Source: Yuukianura sp. NJ FZ-2021
Taxonomy: Eukaryota
DNA length: 64,000 nt
Reading direction: 5' to 3'
Assembly (NCBI GenBank): GCA_046563655.1
Contig: CM102287.1
Location: 806,001 to 870,000 of the forward strand
Position numbers and translations under genes: made by a program
In this document: positions 38,815 to 49,706 of the stretch, one piece after another
How the letters are laid out: every line of letters begins with the position of its first letter
Numbering within the stretch: the first letter of the stretch is position 1
Notes under the pieces: generated by a model
Seen by the model: only the letters and a program-made list of their open reading frames with translations
Told to the model about the DNA's origin: nothing
Database searches by the model: none

Positions 38815-39312
38815 GGTTTTTGAGAAAGTGAGATGCATCCTCCCCCGCTCCTCAAAAACAAATTGGAAAAGGTTTAAAAAAAAAGCAGCATTCTTCTTCT
38901 CCTCTTTTTTTACATTGTTAAAAATACTAAAAAAAAAAAGAGTGAGAGAGGGGGAGCCCCCCCCCCTGGGGGACTGATCGTGCAACTTTTACTAAAAAGG
39001 GGGTTCCCTTACCGTTTCCTTGGGTTTTTTTTTCCCAGCGTGTCCACAGTGGATTAAAATCCTGCGTTTCTCTTTGGATTTTCTCCAGCGTGTCCACAGT
39101 GGATTTTTTTCCTGCGTTCTCATTGGGATTTAAATCCCTGCCTAGACATTGAGTTTTAAATCCCTGCGTTCTATTATTTTTTTTATTCGTGCGTCAACTT
39201 GTTTTTGTTTTTAAATTATAACTTGTTAGACTTTAGAAGAACTGCTTTTTGTGTAAAGACACATCAGGGTGGGAATGAGGAGTGGGGGATGCATCTCACT
39301 TTCTCAAAAACC
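38815..39312. repeat. 26-bp perfect inverted repeat enclosing short direct repeats in the Polinton subterminal region
   Basis: GGTTTTTGAGAAAGTGAGATGCATCC (38815-38840) and its reverse complement (39287-39312); CCAGCGTGTCCACAGTGGATT occurs twice in between. Confidence 0.85.
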
Positions 39313-39657
39313 ACACCTCCCAGAAACCATGGTTTAGCCAGTAAAACTGTGATGGAAAGGTCCCATCTCAGTTCCACGGGCTAAACTAAGATTGGGAGAA
39401 AAAAAGAGATCATCATTTTCTCATGCACTCTGAAAGTGCAACTAGGTCATGTTTACATTTTTGAACTGTAAGTCAGGTTTTGTTTTTGTTTTTGTTTTTA
39501 CTCGCAGACAGTACAACTGCACTGTCTGCAACTTTTGTCAGTGCAGTTGCACTGACAAAAGTTGGGTGTCGAAAAGTAGGTCATGTTTACATGTTTTGAC
39601 CTACAGGTCAAGTTTGTTTTTACTAGCGTCCACAGAGTGTATACTACTCTTAACCTC

Positions 39658-41044
39658 TTAAAGCATTACAATGGTTGCTATAGCAACCTTGGTTCCAAGC
39701 ATGTTTCTGATTCTGGGGTGTAGTGAGGCTTGGACTCTAATGAGTGATTCTGAAGTTGGTTCATTTAGATAGCAGAGTCTCGAAAGTTTGAGCATTTCGT
39801 AGATGTGTGTTTCCGTTGGCTCATTTATCAATTGGACTTTGTTGGTTAAATATTTGATTCTGTTTCGGTGTTCCATTCGATTGTCGAATCTTCTCATAAA
39901 TTCGTGTTTGAATCCACTCCAAGTGTCTGTTTCTGTTCTGACATGTTCCCACCATGCCTGTGATTCTTGTGGTAAAATTGATTTGACCATGTATAACCAG
40001 TGTTGGGGTAGATAGCCTTGACCTTTGAGGTATCGTTCTGCATCTTTGAGGAACGATACGGCTGTAGATTTTTTAGGATTAAATTTGGGAATTGGAATTT
40101 GAGCTTGGACAGTCGTTAGTCGCACCGTTTGGAGTGCTTTGAAGCAGCAGCTCCCTTAGGTCAGGGTCATCCCCAGGTCAAGTCAGGGTGTGTCCCATAG
40201 TTATTGTATATAGTATTAGTAGTTAGTATTTGGGTTTGGTTGAGACGAGTCGAGAGCTCGGAGGGAGATTCGAGCAGAGGCATGTTTTGAGTTAGTTTAG
40301 TGTTGTGTATAGAGCTTAGAGCTCAGTCTGGTTTTGGGATTGCTCGTGTGAGCATTTAGAGTTTATGGGAGTTCTGCCGTGAGCAGTTATTGTTGTATAT
40401 TTATTCACAGATCAGCTCAATAAATATATTTTATATATTTACATCGCTGATCTGCAGTGGATTTGTTCGTGAGTTATTTGTCGTTTGCTGGGCATGAGTC
40501 TGCGGACTCAGATTGGAGTCTGAGAGGGCGTGGCTGCGGCTATTTAGTGTTTTCCGTATCGCCGAGGCGTTACAGCTTGTGTTAGTGTTTCAATTGAAGC
40601 TGTTTGATTTGCTCCTGATTCTGCCATACTGGAATGTCTAGATGCATCTGGTTCTTCTGGGATGCGAGGCAATTGTTTTGGCATTATCTTTTGAGTGTTG
40701 CTTCTGGCTGTGTCAGAAGTGTTGATCGCAACATGAATAATCTTTGCTAGTTGGGCCAATTGTTCATTAGTAAAGGCTGAACTTTGCGCTTTCGTGCTGC
40801 TTGGGCCAGGTTTTTCTTTATGGCGGCCCATCCCTGTTTTGGTTTTCTTACGTGGTGGATCTTCAGCCTCTAAGTCACGAAAGACGTTCTCGTCGTCATC
40901 TTCTTCTACATCGATTTGTTGTTGCTCAGTTTCTTGCTGTTCCTCTGTGGTATACATCGTACTTCCGCGTCTACGCTCACTTCTGGTTGTGCTGACGTAT
41001 TCTGGATCGAGCGGTTTCAAGTTTCTCAAGTCTCGAAAGCTCAT
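39658..41044 (-). pseudogene. gag: Gypsy-like Gag interrupted by a solo LTR and abutting the Polinton end
   Basis: PKFNP...AWWE...TWSGFKHEFMRRF...Q..NEPTETHI capsid motifs; removing the LTR and one TSD restores the frame (TLTQA-LQTVRLTT). Confidence 0.8.
40140..40574 (+). mobile_element. Solo LTR (435 bp) with 4-bp TSD GCTT
   Basis: TGAAGCA...CGTTACA, flanked by GCTT at 40136-40139 and 40575-40578; internal AATAAA; related to the LTR at 411-835. Confidence 0.9.
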
Positions 41045-41064
41045 TGGACAGTAATTTGCTCTCG

Positions 41065-41538
41065 GGTTACCTTGATCAGGTTACCCTGTGGATTACTTTA
41101 ACCAAGTTATCCTGTGGATTACTTTAACCAAGCTATCCTGTTTTTGTGGATTACTTTAACCAAGTTATCCTGTGGATTACTTTAACCAAGCTATCCTGTT
41201 TTTGTGGATTACTTTAACCAAGTTATCCTGTGGATTACTTTAACCAAGTTATCCTGTTTTGGATTACTTTAACCAAGTTATCCTGTGGATTACTTTAACC
41301 AAGTTATCCTTTTTTCTGTGGATTATTTTAACCAAGTTATCCTGTGGATTACCTTGACCAGGTTATCCTGTTTTTGGATTACTTTAACCAAGTTATCCTG
41401 TGGATTACATAGACCAGGTTATCCTGTGGATTACCTTGACCAGGTTATCCTGTTTTTGGATTACTTTAACCAAGTTATCCTGTGGACTACCTTGACCAGG
41501 TTATCCTGTTGTGATGGATTACTTTCACCAAGTTATCC
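41065..41538. repeat. ~26-bp minisatellite (GGATTACTTTAACCAAGTTATCCTGT) with T-rich length variants
   Basis: Directly visible, roughly 16-17 copies. Confidence 0.92.
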
Positions 41539-41678
41539 TTTTAATTGTTAAATTTAATTTCAATGAATTTAATTTTAATCCGGTTCCGAATTGAAACTTT
41601 CCGAAATTTATGTCCTTAATATGCCACCATAAGAACGTAAAATTGTTGTTTTTGTTTTTTGACTTTTGAAAAAAAACT

Positions 41679-44345
41679 TTAGCTATTTTGTATACAAATT
41701 TTATTTAAAAGAGCTTCAGGTAGCTCTTGGAAGTTTAGTTTGATTTTATTGATCGCAACACAGAGTTCAGAGAAATAATCATCTTCATATGAATGTTCGA
41801 ATAAGATTTTAAGAGTATCTGTTTTAGATTTTTTGAGGTAATAATGATTGTCATTGACTTCTGTTAATTCTTTTAAATCTCGAATTTGAAATATGAAGCT
41901 CTGAATTTTTGGGTGTTTAATCCCAAGACCACCTAATGCCTTTGGCAGATAAATGAATGGTTTTTTTAACCAATTTCTTTTTCTTTCCCATATATAATCG
42001 CAAATAACGTCTTCAAGATTTTTGATAAAATTTTCTGAGGGTTTCAGGATTTTTAAAAGGAAGCTGGTAAGTGGAAGGATAAACAAATTCAAAATCTTCG
42101 ATTTCAGAAATAGACTAGAGTTTGGATACTTGATTTTAAAAGAATCAATTTTTAACTTTATTTTACCCATCAAGGAGTTCCAATTATTTTCAAAGTTTTC
42201 GCCAAAGACGACTCCTAGGACTTTAATTTGTTTTACACTTTTAAAATTTGTTTGTATGTTCAGATGTTTCCATTTCCCAATAAGTAGAACTTCAGTTTTA
42301 GAGTCCTTAATTTTTCCGCCAGAATACTTTCCGTAAATTTCAAACTCTTTAACAACAACGTCAAATTGACTCAGTTCAGAAATAAAAATTGTCGTGTCGT
42401 CGGCATAAGCACTGATGTTAGAATTAGGATAATTTAGGAAAGGGCTAGGTCGAATTTTAGTTAACTTTTCAGAGAGGTTTCGAACCAAAGGTTCGAAGCA
42501 AAGAATATACAAAGAAGACGCAATAGGATCACCTTGCTTTACGCCTTTGCCAATTTTAATCTTATTCGTTAAGCCATTGCCATAGTTTACATGGACAAAA
42601 CTGTTTTTGTAAAGTATCTTTATTGAGTTGACAAAGATCTGGGGAAATCCATAGTACTTTAAAATCGAAAATAAATAGTCATGGTTTATATTATCGAATG
42701 CAGATTCTTGGTCAATTGCAAGAATTGCCCCATCGTTATTATCGTTAATATTTTCGATCAAAAATTTTAAGTTTTGGAAAATATTCCTTCCCGGAACATT
42801 GCAGGTTTGAGCAGGAGAAATCAAATAATCAAGATATTTTGAAATTCTATTTTTAAAAATCGTGGAGAAAACTTTGTAGTCAGAATTTGACATAATGATT
42901 GGTCTCCAATTGGAAAGATCAGTGGGGTTATCTTTTTTGTAAATTAGGGTGACAAGTCCACATTTAAGAGAGTCTGGCATTTCATCGCGAATTAAGCATT
43001 CGCTCCATAACCATTCGAATATTTTAGTAAATTCTGGTATGAATGTTTTAATAAATTCACTTGAAATCCCGTCAAGACCGGGACAGGTATCATTCTTCAG
43101 TTGAGAAATTGCAATTTTGATTTCCTCAGAGGAAATGACTTTAGACATATAATCAATTTGGTCATGATTCAATTTTGGTAAAAGTTGGAAAAAATTTCCT
43201 TGTATGTTGGTTTGAACATTATCAGTTTTAAATTTTGCTGAAAAGAAGTCAAAAAATAATTTCGCTTTAGTTTCATCGGAATAATTTTTGAAAACAGAAT
43301 CAACAGAGACTTCACAGTTAACGTTAAAGAGTTTATTTGGAGTATATTCAAATTTGTCTTCGAAACGTTCGTTATCTGTAATGAGGTCAAAAAATTTGTT
43401 ATGATTGTTTTTCATGAGAAACTTCATCTCATTATAATTTGAAACTTTTACGAAATGTTTGTAATTTATAAAGGAAATTGCGCATTTCTTTAATTTCCAC
43501 TTCAAAAGTTCGTAAGAGGTGAACGTCTTCACGTTCAAATTTAAAAAATCATTTAGAAGTTGTTTAACTTGGACGATAAGATAATCGTCACTTAATATGT
43601 AATTCGGAAATTTCCAAATTCGAAAAGGATTTTTGTGTAGAAAATTAAATTTTGTACAAATCAATTTGTGATCAGAGAATGACGGTAGAATGTCGACAAA
43701 TTTAACGTTGCTAATAAGTTTAGCGCTTACATAAATGCGATCAAGTCTGGCCTTAGGTTGGTGATACTGGTTGCCAGTATGTGTAAAAGAAATTTTTGTG
43801 GGAAAAAAAATTCTGAAGGAATCGTGTAAATTGAAGTCTGTATATAATTTTAACATTGAATTTCGAAATTTAGCGTTATTTGTGCTTCTGTTAATTGAAT
43901 CAAGATAAACATCATCAACATAATTCCAGTCACCGCAAAGAATAATATTCGCATGTGGAATATTTGTTAATTTTGTTTGAAGTGCGCCGTAGACTAAATT
44001 GAAATCGCGTAGACTGTGAGGAATATGAATATTGAAAATATCAAATTCATTATTTAGGTGTTTTAATCTAATATATTGTAGTCTACCTTCAGCTAATATT
44101 TCACTTAAAACAAAATTAAACTTACTGTTGAAAAAAATTGCTGTGCCACTGAAAGGGGCAATTGGAGGGTTATAGGAAACTGAATATCCTTGAAGAATTA
44201 CTTTTTGATCGAACTTTGGATCTAGGTTCGTTTCTTGTAAACATAAAATATCTGGTTTAAAAAGATTCAATAATTTTACTAACTTAATTTTAGATTGTAG
44301 ATTTTTTAAGCCTTGGGTGTTAAAGCTATATACAGACAATACCAT
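41679..44345 (-). CDS. LINE ORF2: APE endonuclease and reverse transcriptase (C-terminus missing)
   Basis: SFNTQG, LCLQET, GDWN, RLDRIY, SDH (APE); PGLDG, WRPI, GVKQGDPIAS, YADD (RT). Confidence 0.95.
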   Translation of the reverse strand: MVLSVYSFNTQGLKNLQSKIKLVKLLNLFKPDILCLQETNLDPKFDQKVILQGYSVSYNPPIAPFSGTAIFFNSKFNFVLSEILAEGRLQYIRLKHLNNEFDIFNIHIPHSLRDFNLVYGALQTKLTNIPHANIILCGDWNYVDDVYLDSINRSTNNAKFRNSMLKLYTDFNLHDSFRIFFPTKISFTHTGNQYHQPKARLDRIYVSAKLISNVKFVDILPSFSDHKLICTKFNFLHKNPFRIWKFPNYILSDDYLIVQVKQLLNDFLNLNVKTFTSYELLKWKLKKCAISFINYKHFVKVSNYNEMKFLMKNNHNKFFDLITDNERFEDKFEYTPNKLFNVNCEVSVDSVFKNYSDETKAKLFFDFFSAKFKTDNVQTNIQGNFFQLLPKLNHDQIDYMSKVISSEEIKIAISQLKNDTCPGLDGISSEFIKTFIPEFTKIFEWLWSECLIRDEMPDSLKCGLVTLIYKKDNPTDLSNWRPIIMSNSDYKVFSTIFKNRISKYLDYLISPAQTCNVPGRNIFQNLKFLIENINDNNDGAILAIDQESAFDNINHDYLFSILKYYGFPQIFVNSIKILYKNSFVHVNYGNGLTNKIKIGKGVKQGDPIASSLYILCFEPLVRNLSEKLTKIRPSPFLNYPNSNISAYADDTTIFISELSQFDVVVKEFEIYGKYSGGKIKDSKTEVLLIGKWKHLNIQTNFKSVKQIKVLGVVFGENFENNWNSLMGKIKLKIDSFKIKYPNSSLFLKSKILNLFILPLTSFLLKILKPSENFIKNLEDVICDYIWERKRNWLKKPFIYLPKALGGLGIKHPKIQSFIFQIRDLKELTEVNDNHYYLKKSKTDTLKILFEHSYEDDYFSELCVAINKIKLNFQELPEALLNKICIQNS

Positions 44346-44360
44346 TGTATTAGTTTGTAT

Positions 44361-45587
44361 TTAGGTAGACTGGGAGTCTTCAGTCCAATTTCTAAGTAAC
44401 TTTTCTAAAATCTTACGCAAAATAGGATGTGATGTTGGTGCAACTTCGCTTTTAAGTAGTAGAAGTGTCGTTTTCATTTTTGCCCGGGTAACAGCAACAG
44501 TGATGAGGGTAGATTCAATTTTTTTCTTTGTTACTCTTCCTGATTTGAAGGACGAAAGAAATGAAACTAAGTCTTCGATCTGGACACCCGGTGGGAGACT
44601 AATTTCTGGAAGTGGCTCAAGTTGAACGTTTTCCATCAATGAGTCATCGCGATCAGATTCAACTTCGGAATTATTTGATGATGGTGGAAGTACAGGAGCA
44701 TGTTGAGGAGTTGAAGTTGAAGGGCCACTGAAGATCGGTGGTCGAATTTGACTGGGAATGCCAATGCTATCCGGTTTTTTAACTTTTCGTGGTGATCTTT
44801 TTGTTCGTTTCCGTACCCTCTCAAAACCATCTTCGTCTTTTTCCATTTCGTCAGTGTCAAATTCAGAGGTTATTTCACCTTCAGATTGAGTAGTATTTTG
44901 AACGTTGAGAACTCCTTTCGATTTTGCAAGGTCAGCCCATGTTGGAATGGAAACTGGAGTGCTGATATTGGTAACTGGTTTTTTTGGAACGTTCTTTGGA
45001 TCATTTGTAGAAAGTGCAGCAAGTTTCTTTTTGCACTTACTAGCGAAGTGGTTAGTTCCATTGCAGAAATGGCATCGCTGTGCTTCTGTGTCAAGTTGTA
45101 TGGTGTACTGACGACCTTCGTAATTCAGAATGGTTGACCTGGGAATTTCTGATTTTTGAACAGTAAGTTCGATAGTAGCCTCATGCATGAACGTGTTGAT
45201 ATGCTTGAGCTTTTCCGGCAGTGAACGGAACTTGATCTTAGATGTGGCAAGAACCTTACCAAATCCACTTAGTGAAGTGACAATTAGCTCATCAGGAATG
45301 AATGGCGGTACATTTCGCATGAAAATCTTCGAATAAGATCTAGTATAGGGTGACACCGGAAAACAAGAGTCTCCAACTTTGATTGTTCCAGAACCGATTG
45401 ATTTCATCATATCATCTTCATTTTCAAAGAAGATTGCAACTGTGCGAGGGCCAAACATTCCCGCATCAGTAATTGATTTAGGATCTACCAAATCAGACAC
45501 TGCACTGAGGTAATCGAATAGTCGATACTTTGGTAGGAATGGTATAATAATACCATTGTCCTTAGCTGGATTGATATCCAGCTCCAT
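44361..45587 (-). CDS. LINE ORF1 nucleic-acid-binding protein (RRM-like region and CCHC knuckle)
   Basis: RNVPPFIPDELI...L..FGKV; CHFCNGTNHFASKC; directly upstream of ORF2; first ATG at 45587. Confidence 0.88.
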   Translation of the reverse strand: MELDINPAKDNGIIIPFLPKYRLFDYLSAVSDLVDPKSITDAGMFGPRTVAIFFENEDDMMKSIGSGTIKVGDSCFPVSPYTRSYSKIFMRNVPPFIPDELIVTSLSGFGKVLATSKIKFRSLPEKLKHINTFMHEATIELTVQKSEIPRSTILNYEGRQYTIQLDTEAQRCHFCNGTNHFASKCKKKLAALSTNDPKNVPKKPVTNISTPVSIPTWADLAKSKGVLNVQNTTQSEGEITSEFDTDEMEKDEDGFERVRKRTKRSPRKVKKPDSIGIPSQIRPPIFSGPSTSTPQHAPVLPPSSNNSEVESDRDDSLMENVQLEPLPEISLPPGVQIEDLVSFLSSFKSGRVTKKKIESTLITVAVTRAKMKTTLLLLKSEVAPTSHPILRKILEKLLRNWTEDSQST

Positions 45588-45906
45588 CTCGCCCTTCAAA
45601 TGGGAACTTAAGACTTACAGGTTGTTTGTAAGAACAGTTTTGATTGATTGATTAAACACTGATTACTGTCACTGATCCACACTGAACACTGATCCACGGA
45701 TAGAGGAGAACATTTTCTATCTGTTAGTGTGTGCAAACTATAGGAATGTAACACTTATGACAGCAATTAATTCAGTATTTCAGGAGAGGCTGTAGTCTCA
45801 CTACCAGCTGATTTCTCCAAAATCAAAATTTGACTAAATGCAAATTTGACGCTTGTCATTCACAATTCACATAGTAATCATTTAAGCCGGATTTTCTACC
45901 CTCTAA

Positions 45907-46260
45907 TCAGTCTTAATTTAACAACGTAACTAAACATAATGTCAGAAAATGAGAAGATCAAAACTTCGTTGTTTAAAAATATTTTGAGTACAATGCAGAC
46001 CTAATACAAAAATTTTGAGGACTTAAGAAACTGCAACGCGATGCTGCCGAATATTTTGACGTTGTTAATGTAAGACTTTGAGTGCAATGTAGACCTACTA
46101 AAAACACTTGAGCCATAGATAACCCCCCGACTGCGATGGGGCTTATGTTTCAATGGAAAGAATCCTAAAAAAGGTGACAGACAGACGGACAGACGGACAG
46201 ACAAAGTCGTATCAATAGTCTTCTTCAGCACGTCGTAGACGTGCGTCTCCAGAAGACTAA
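45907..46260 (-). mobile_element. DINE-1/HINE-like non-autonomous rolling-circle element, copy 1
   Basis: Terminal inverted motif AGTCTTCT...AGAAGACT around hairpin CACGTCGTAGACGTG, adjacent (GACR)n microsatellite; diverged direct repeat of 46685-47032. Confidence 0.55.
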
Positions 46261-46684
46261 AAAGAACACCCAGCTGGAGGTTCGTACCCTGTACTTATCT
46301 CCCTCCTCTTTCTCTTACTCCTATGCCCTGCACCACCTCTCTAAACTCACATTCTTGGATTCTCCTAATCTGTTTCTCATAATCATGCTGCTGCAACTGT
46401 ATTGTGGGAGCGACGTGAAAAAGGAGTGAAATTAACGTTGCGACTCCGAAACGTTAAAATCACGTTATATATCTGTTATTTTCTTATTATCGCTAACAGT
46501 TGTAAACTGCTGCGTTATAAACTCGTAATAAACACGGATAGTATCAACGTGATTTTCACTTACTAATCCAAGGTTGAAAAAATGTTGTAAATACAAAGTT
46601 CCCTAACAATTTACAACATCACACATTTTTCACATTGCCAATGTTAAATAAACGTGAATTTAAATTTCGTTTCTGGTTGGGTGA

Positions 46685-47032
46685 TTAGTCTTAAGTTAAC
46701 AACGTAATTAAACATACTGCCAGAAAATGAAAAGATCAAAACTTCGTTGTTTAAAAATATTTCGCGTATAATGCAGACCTAACACAAAATTTTGACGACA
46801 TAAGAAACAGCAACGCGAAGCAGCCGCATACTTTGGCGTTGTTAATGTACGACTTTGAGTGCAATGTAGAGCTAATGAAAACAATTGAGCCGAACATAAC
46901 CCCCCGAGTGCGATGGGGCTTATGTTTCAGCGGAAAGGGTACTAAAAAACAGGACACACGGACAGACAGACAGAAAAGTCGAATCGATAGTCTTCTTCAG
47001 CACGTCGTAGACGTGCGTCTCCAGAAGATTAA
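46685..47032 (-). mobile_element. DINE-1/HINE-like element, copy 2
   Basis: Collinear diverged copy of 45907-46260 with the same hairpin. Confidence 0.55.
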
Positions 47033-47567
47033 AATATGCACCTGCCAATGGCAGGTTGAAGAAATGGAGCAATTAAAAACATAGTTAAAGATAAAATAAT
47101 TGATCCAAATCTTTTCCTGGGGGAAGGGTTCCCAGGCTCGAGGCGGAGTTCCCTGTACTCAAAATTATTTGGTGCACAATAATTGAGCACCTATGACGTA
47201 ACAACGTCCATTACCCAGCGTCAAAATTTCTGCACAATTATACATTCAAGTGCAATAAGCGAGTAGCATGCACAAAATTGAACGTTGAAGCACAGGTGTC
47301 AAATATAGTTTCTTTAAAATCAAAATTGGTTCATAATCAAAATCAACAAGGTAGGGCAATGCTCAAGGGTTGAGCATAGGTCTTCTGGAGGCAGTTGACA
47401 ATTAATACGACTTACAAAAATGTCGTGCTCTAAAAGTGTTGTAAAAGCGTAACGATTTATTTCTAAAACAAAGCCACACAGTATACAATAGAAAAGTAAA
47501 GTTACAATGCATTTAAAGACTGAGTTTTTTGAATTTTTTGAACATAATTACAGCATATAGATTTGAT

Positions 47568-48155
47568 TTAAGTTTCGCACATCGTTTTCAGTCGCTTCAA
47601 TTTCTTCGATTGTTTTTTCGGATGCTGATCTTGCTTGAGCTTCAACTCTTTCCTGAACTTGTGCGTTTGAACAAAGGAAGGCAACTTGATAATGTCGAGT
47701 TGCTCCCCTCCATTTTCTATGATCCGAAACATTAGCCATAATGCAAGAAGACTACAACAATCCGGGTACATTAGTTTCTTCGAGTTTTGGAAATTGAATT
47801 TCTTAAAGTTGAGTTTTATTGCAGGCAAAGACTTTCGGATGGCGAGCATAACGTTGGTTTTGGCCGAGACTTCGTATATTCCATTGTCCAATTGACAAAA
47901 GTAGAATACAGTTCCAATGTCCAGATCGATGTAGAAGAGCGACACATGAGCGAATATATTTGGTGGACAATTTCCAGAGGGGATGAAGACGACAGGTAGC
48001 AATATCTTCCGTTTCGCCGTGTTTATGTCTGGGAAGGAGATCATTCTTTTGGAATATTTTTGCTTTACCGATGCGCACACCCCAACGTGAAAACCTTCGA
48101 TTTCTACTAGCGCAGAGCCCTCATTAAATTGTGAAATCTTCACATCTTTGCTCAT
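47568..48155 (-). CDS. Divergent Ulp1/SENP-like (clan CE) cysteine protease-like protein
   Basis: KILLPVV...HVSLFYID...TVFYF...DCCSLLALWLM follows the Ulp1 order ILIP-HW-L..ID-YFDS-DCG. Confidence 0.55.
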   Translation of the reverse strand: MSKDVKISQFNEGSALVEIEGFHVGVCASVKQKYSKRMISFPDINTAKRKILLPVVFIPSGNCPPNIFAHVSLFYIDLDIGTVFYFCQLDNGIYEVSAKTNVMLAIRKSLPAIKLNFKKFNFQNSKKLMYPDCCSLLALWLMFRIIENGGEQLDIIKLPSFVQTHKFRKELKLKQDQHPKKQSKKLKRLKTMCET

Positions 48156-49706
48156 GCTTTCTTTGGAAATGTTTTACAATCGAATTAAATTCAGCACTTT
48201 CAATACCGTCGAAAAAAATTAACCTCGACATTACAAAAACTCTTTTAACGCTGCTTGACGGAAACGAAATACGGATTTGTAAAATTAATTTTTTGCAGAA
48301 TCAAATTGGAAATGATCGCTTATTTTCTTTGTTTGTAAATATAAATACAGAAAGCCCGTTGTCATGTTGATCTTACGTCAGGTCAAAAGGTCAAAAACTA
48401 TTTTATGAACATTTCAAGTATTGTTAACTTTTTTCAACGAAAAAAAAAATTCACTATAAAAATAGATTCAAATATGTCATGAATGAACCTATAAAGCTGT
48501 CTGACGACATTATTACAATTTGTATTTATTCAAATTATATAAAATACATTATATAATTGAATGGCTTCGTGGAAAAACAACCAAACAGATTTTTGGTTTA
48601 ACTTAAGTTGCACAAAATTTGTTTGTAAACAAAGTTTCAAACGAAATCGGAAGTGTGAGATAATTCGCATGTATACTACTTTATCGATTGAAAGTCTATC
48701 TGTCAGTCTGTCCGTTGGTCACCCGCTAAAAGATTGCCAGTACAGACTACAAATATTCTACACACGTGTCTTGGCATACCCACTACGTTTAAGACCACCA
48801 GTGTTGGTGGAAGCTGTAACGTCCAGTAACTTAATTACCACTTCCACTTAAAATCCACGGGAAGAAATTTGACCCAAATGGACGAAACTATAAGTGGATG
48901 AAAGAAATAAAAATTTGTTAGAAATTAAGAAAAAATTCAGATTTTAAATTGCAAAATATAGCATAAAGCTTTTCTTTCGTTATTAAAATTAATTAATTCA
49001 AACTTATTTAAAAACCATATTTTCTTCGTTTTTGTATTGTATTTTAATTTTTCTTTAGCTTTTTGCACTAATTCAAATCCGGAGGGCAAAGCTCTGCCCC
49101 TTTGAATTCATAGCTTGCGGTTGTAGATTCATCCATTTCGGCCATTTCTTCCACTGGATATCCAGTTATGGATGAAATGCCGAAAAAATGGATATCCACC
49201 AGCACTGATAACCACATTTGCATTACTTCGAATATTTCGGTACAAAATACTTCCGATGAGACGAATTTCCTGTACGCTTAAACGTACGGGTATTAGTTGC
49301 AGCTTTCATTGGATACCCATTGGGAGAAATGAGTCCCTAGTGGCAGAAACTTGAGGTGAAGGAAAACAATTAAAAAATTCAGCTCGAAATTCAAATTAAC
49401 TTAAGTATACCGCAAAAATTCAATCAATTATAATTTGAAACTATAGGATGATATGAAACGCTTTCCTTTTTCCTTGCAAAGACGAATTATTTACAATTTA
49501 CATATTCGGACAATGTTCAGTTCAGTTCTGTGAATTCGTCTACTCTGCCAGTTTCATCCACTGGATGTGCAGATCCACCAGTGGATGAAGTCGAAGTGCT
49601 GAAGTAGGTAGGCATCCATCAACACCACCGATGAAATATGATTTATCTCTTCAAAACTTTAAAATAACGTGTTACCCCGTTCTAAAGCCATTTTTACTGG
49701 CTATGC

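Larger units (their letters stand above)
31256..39650. mobile_element. Polinton/Maverick (adintovirus-like) element, left part missing
   Basis: Integrase, packaging ATPase and pPolB cluster; probable right terminus ...GTATACTACTCT at 39650 (Polinton-type AG...CT end); left side cut by the LTR at 31255. Confidence 0.9.
41540..45720 (-). mobile_element. Non-LTR retrotransposon (Tx1/L1-like), 3' end truncated; boundaries approximate
   Basis: ORF1 and ORF2 in tandem with a 15-nt spacer; no poly(A) tail or 3' UTR before the minisatellite. Confidence 0.85.
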
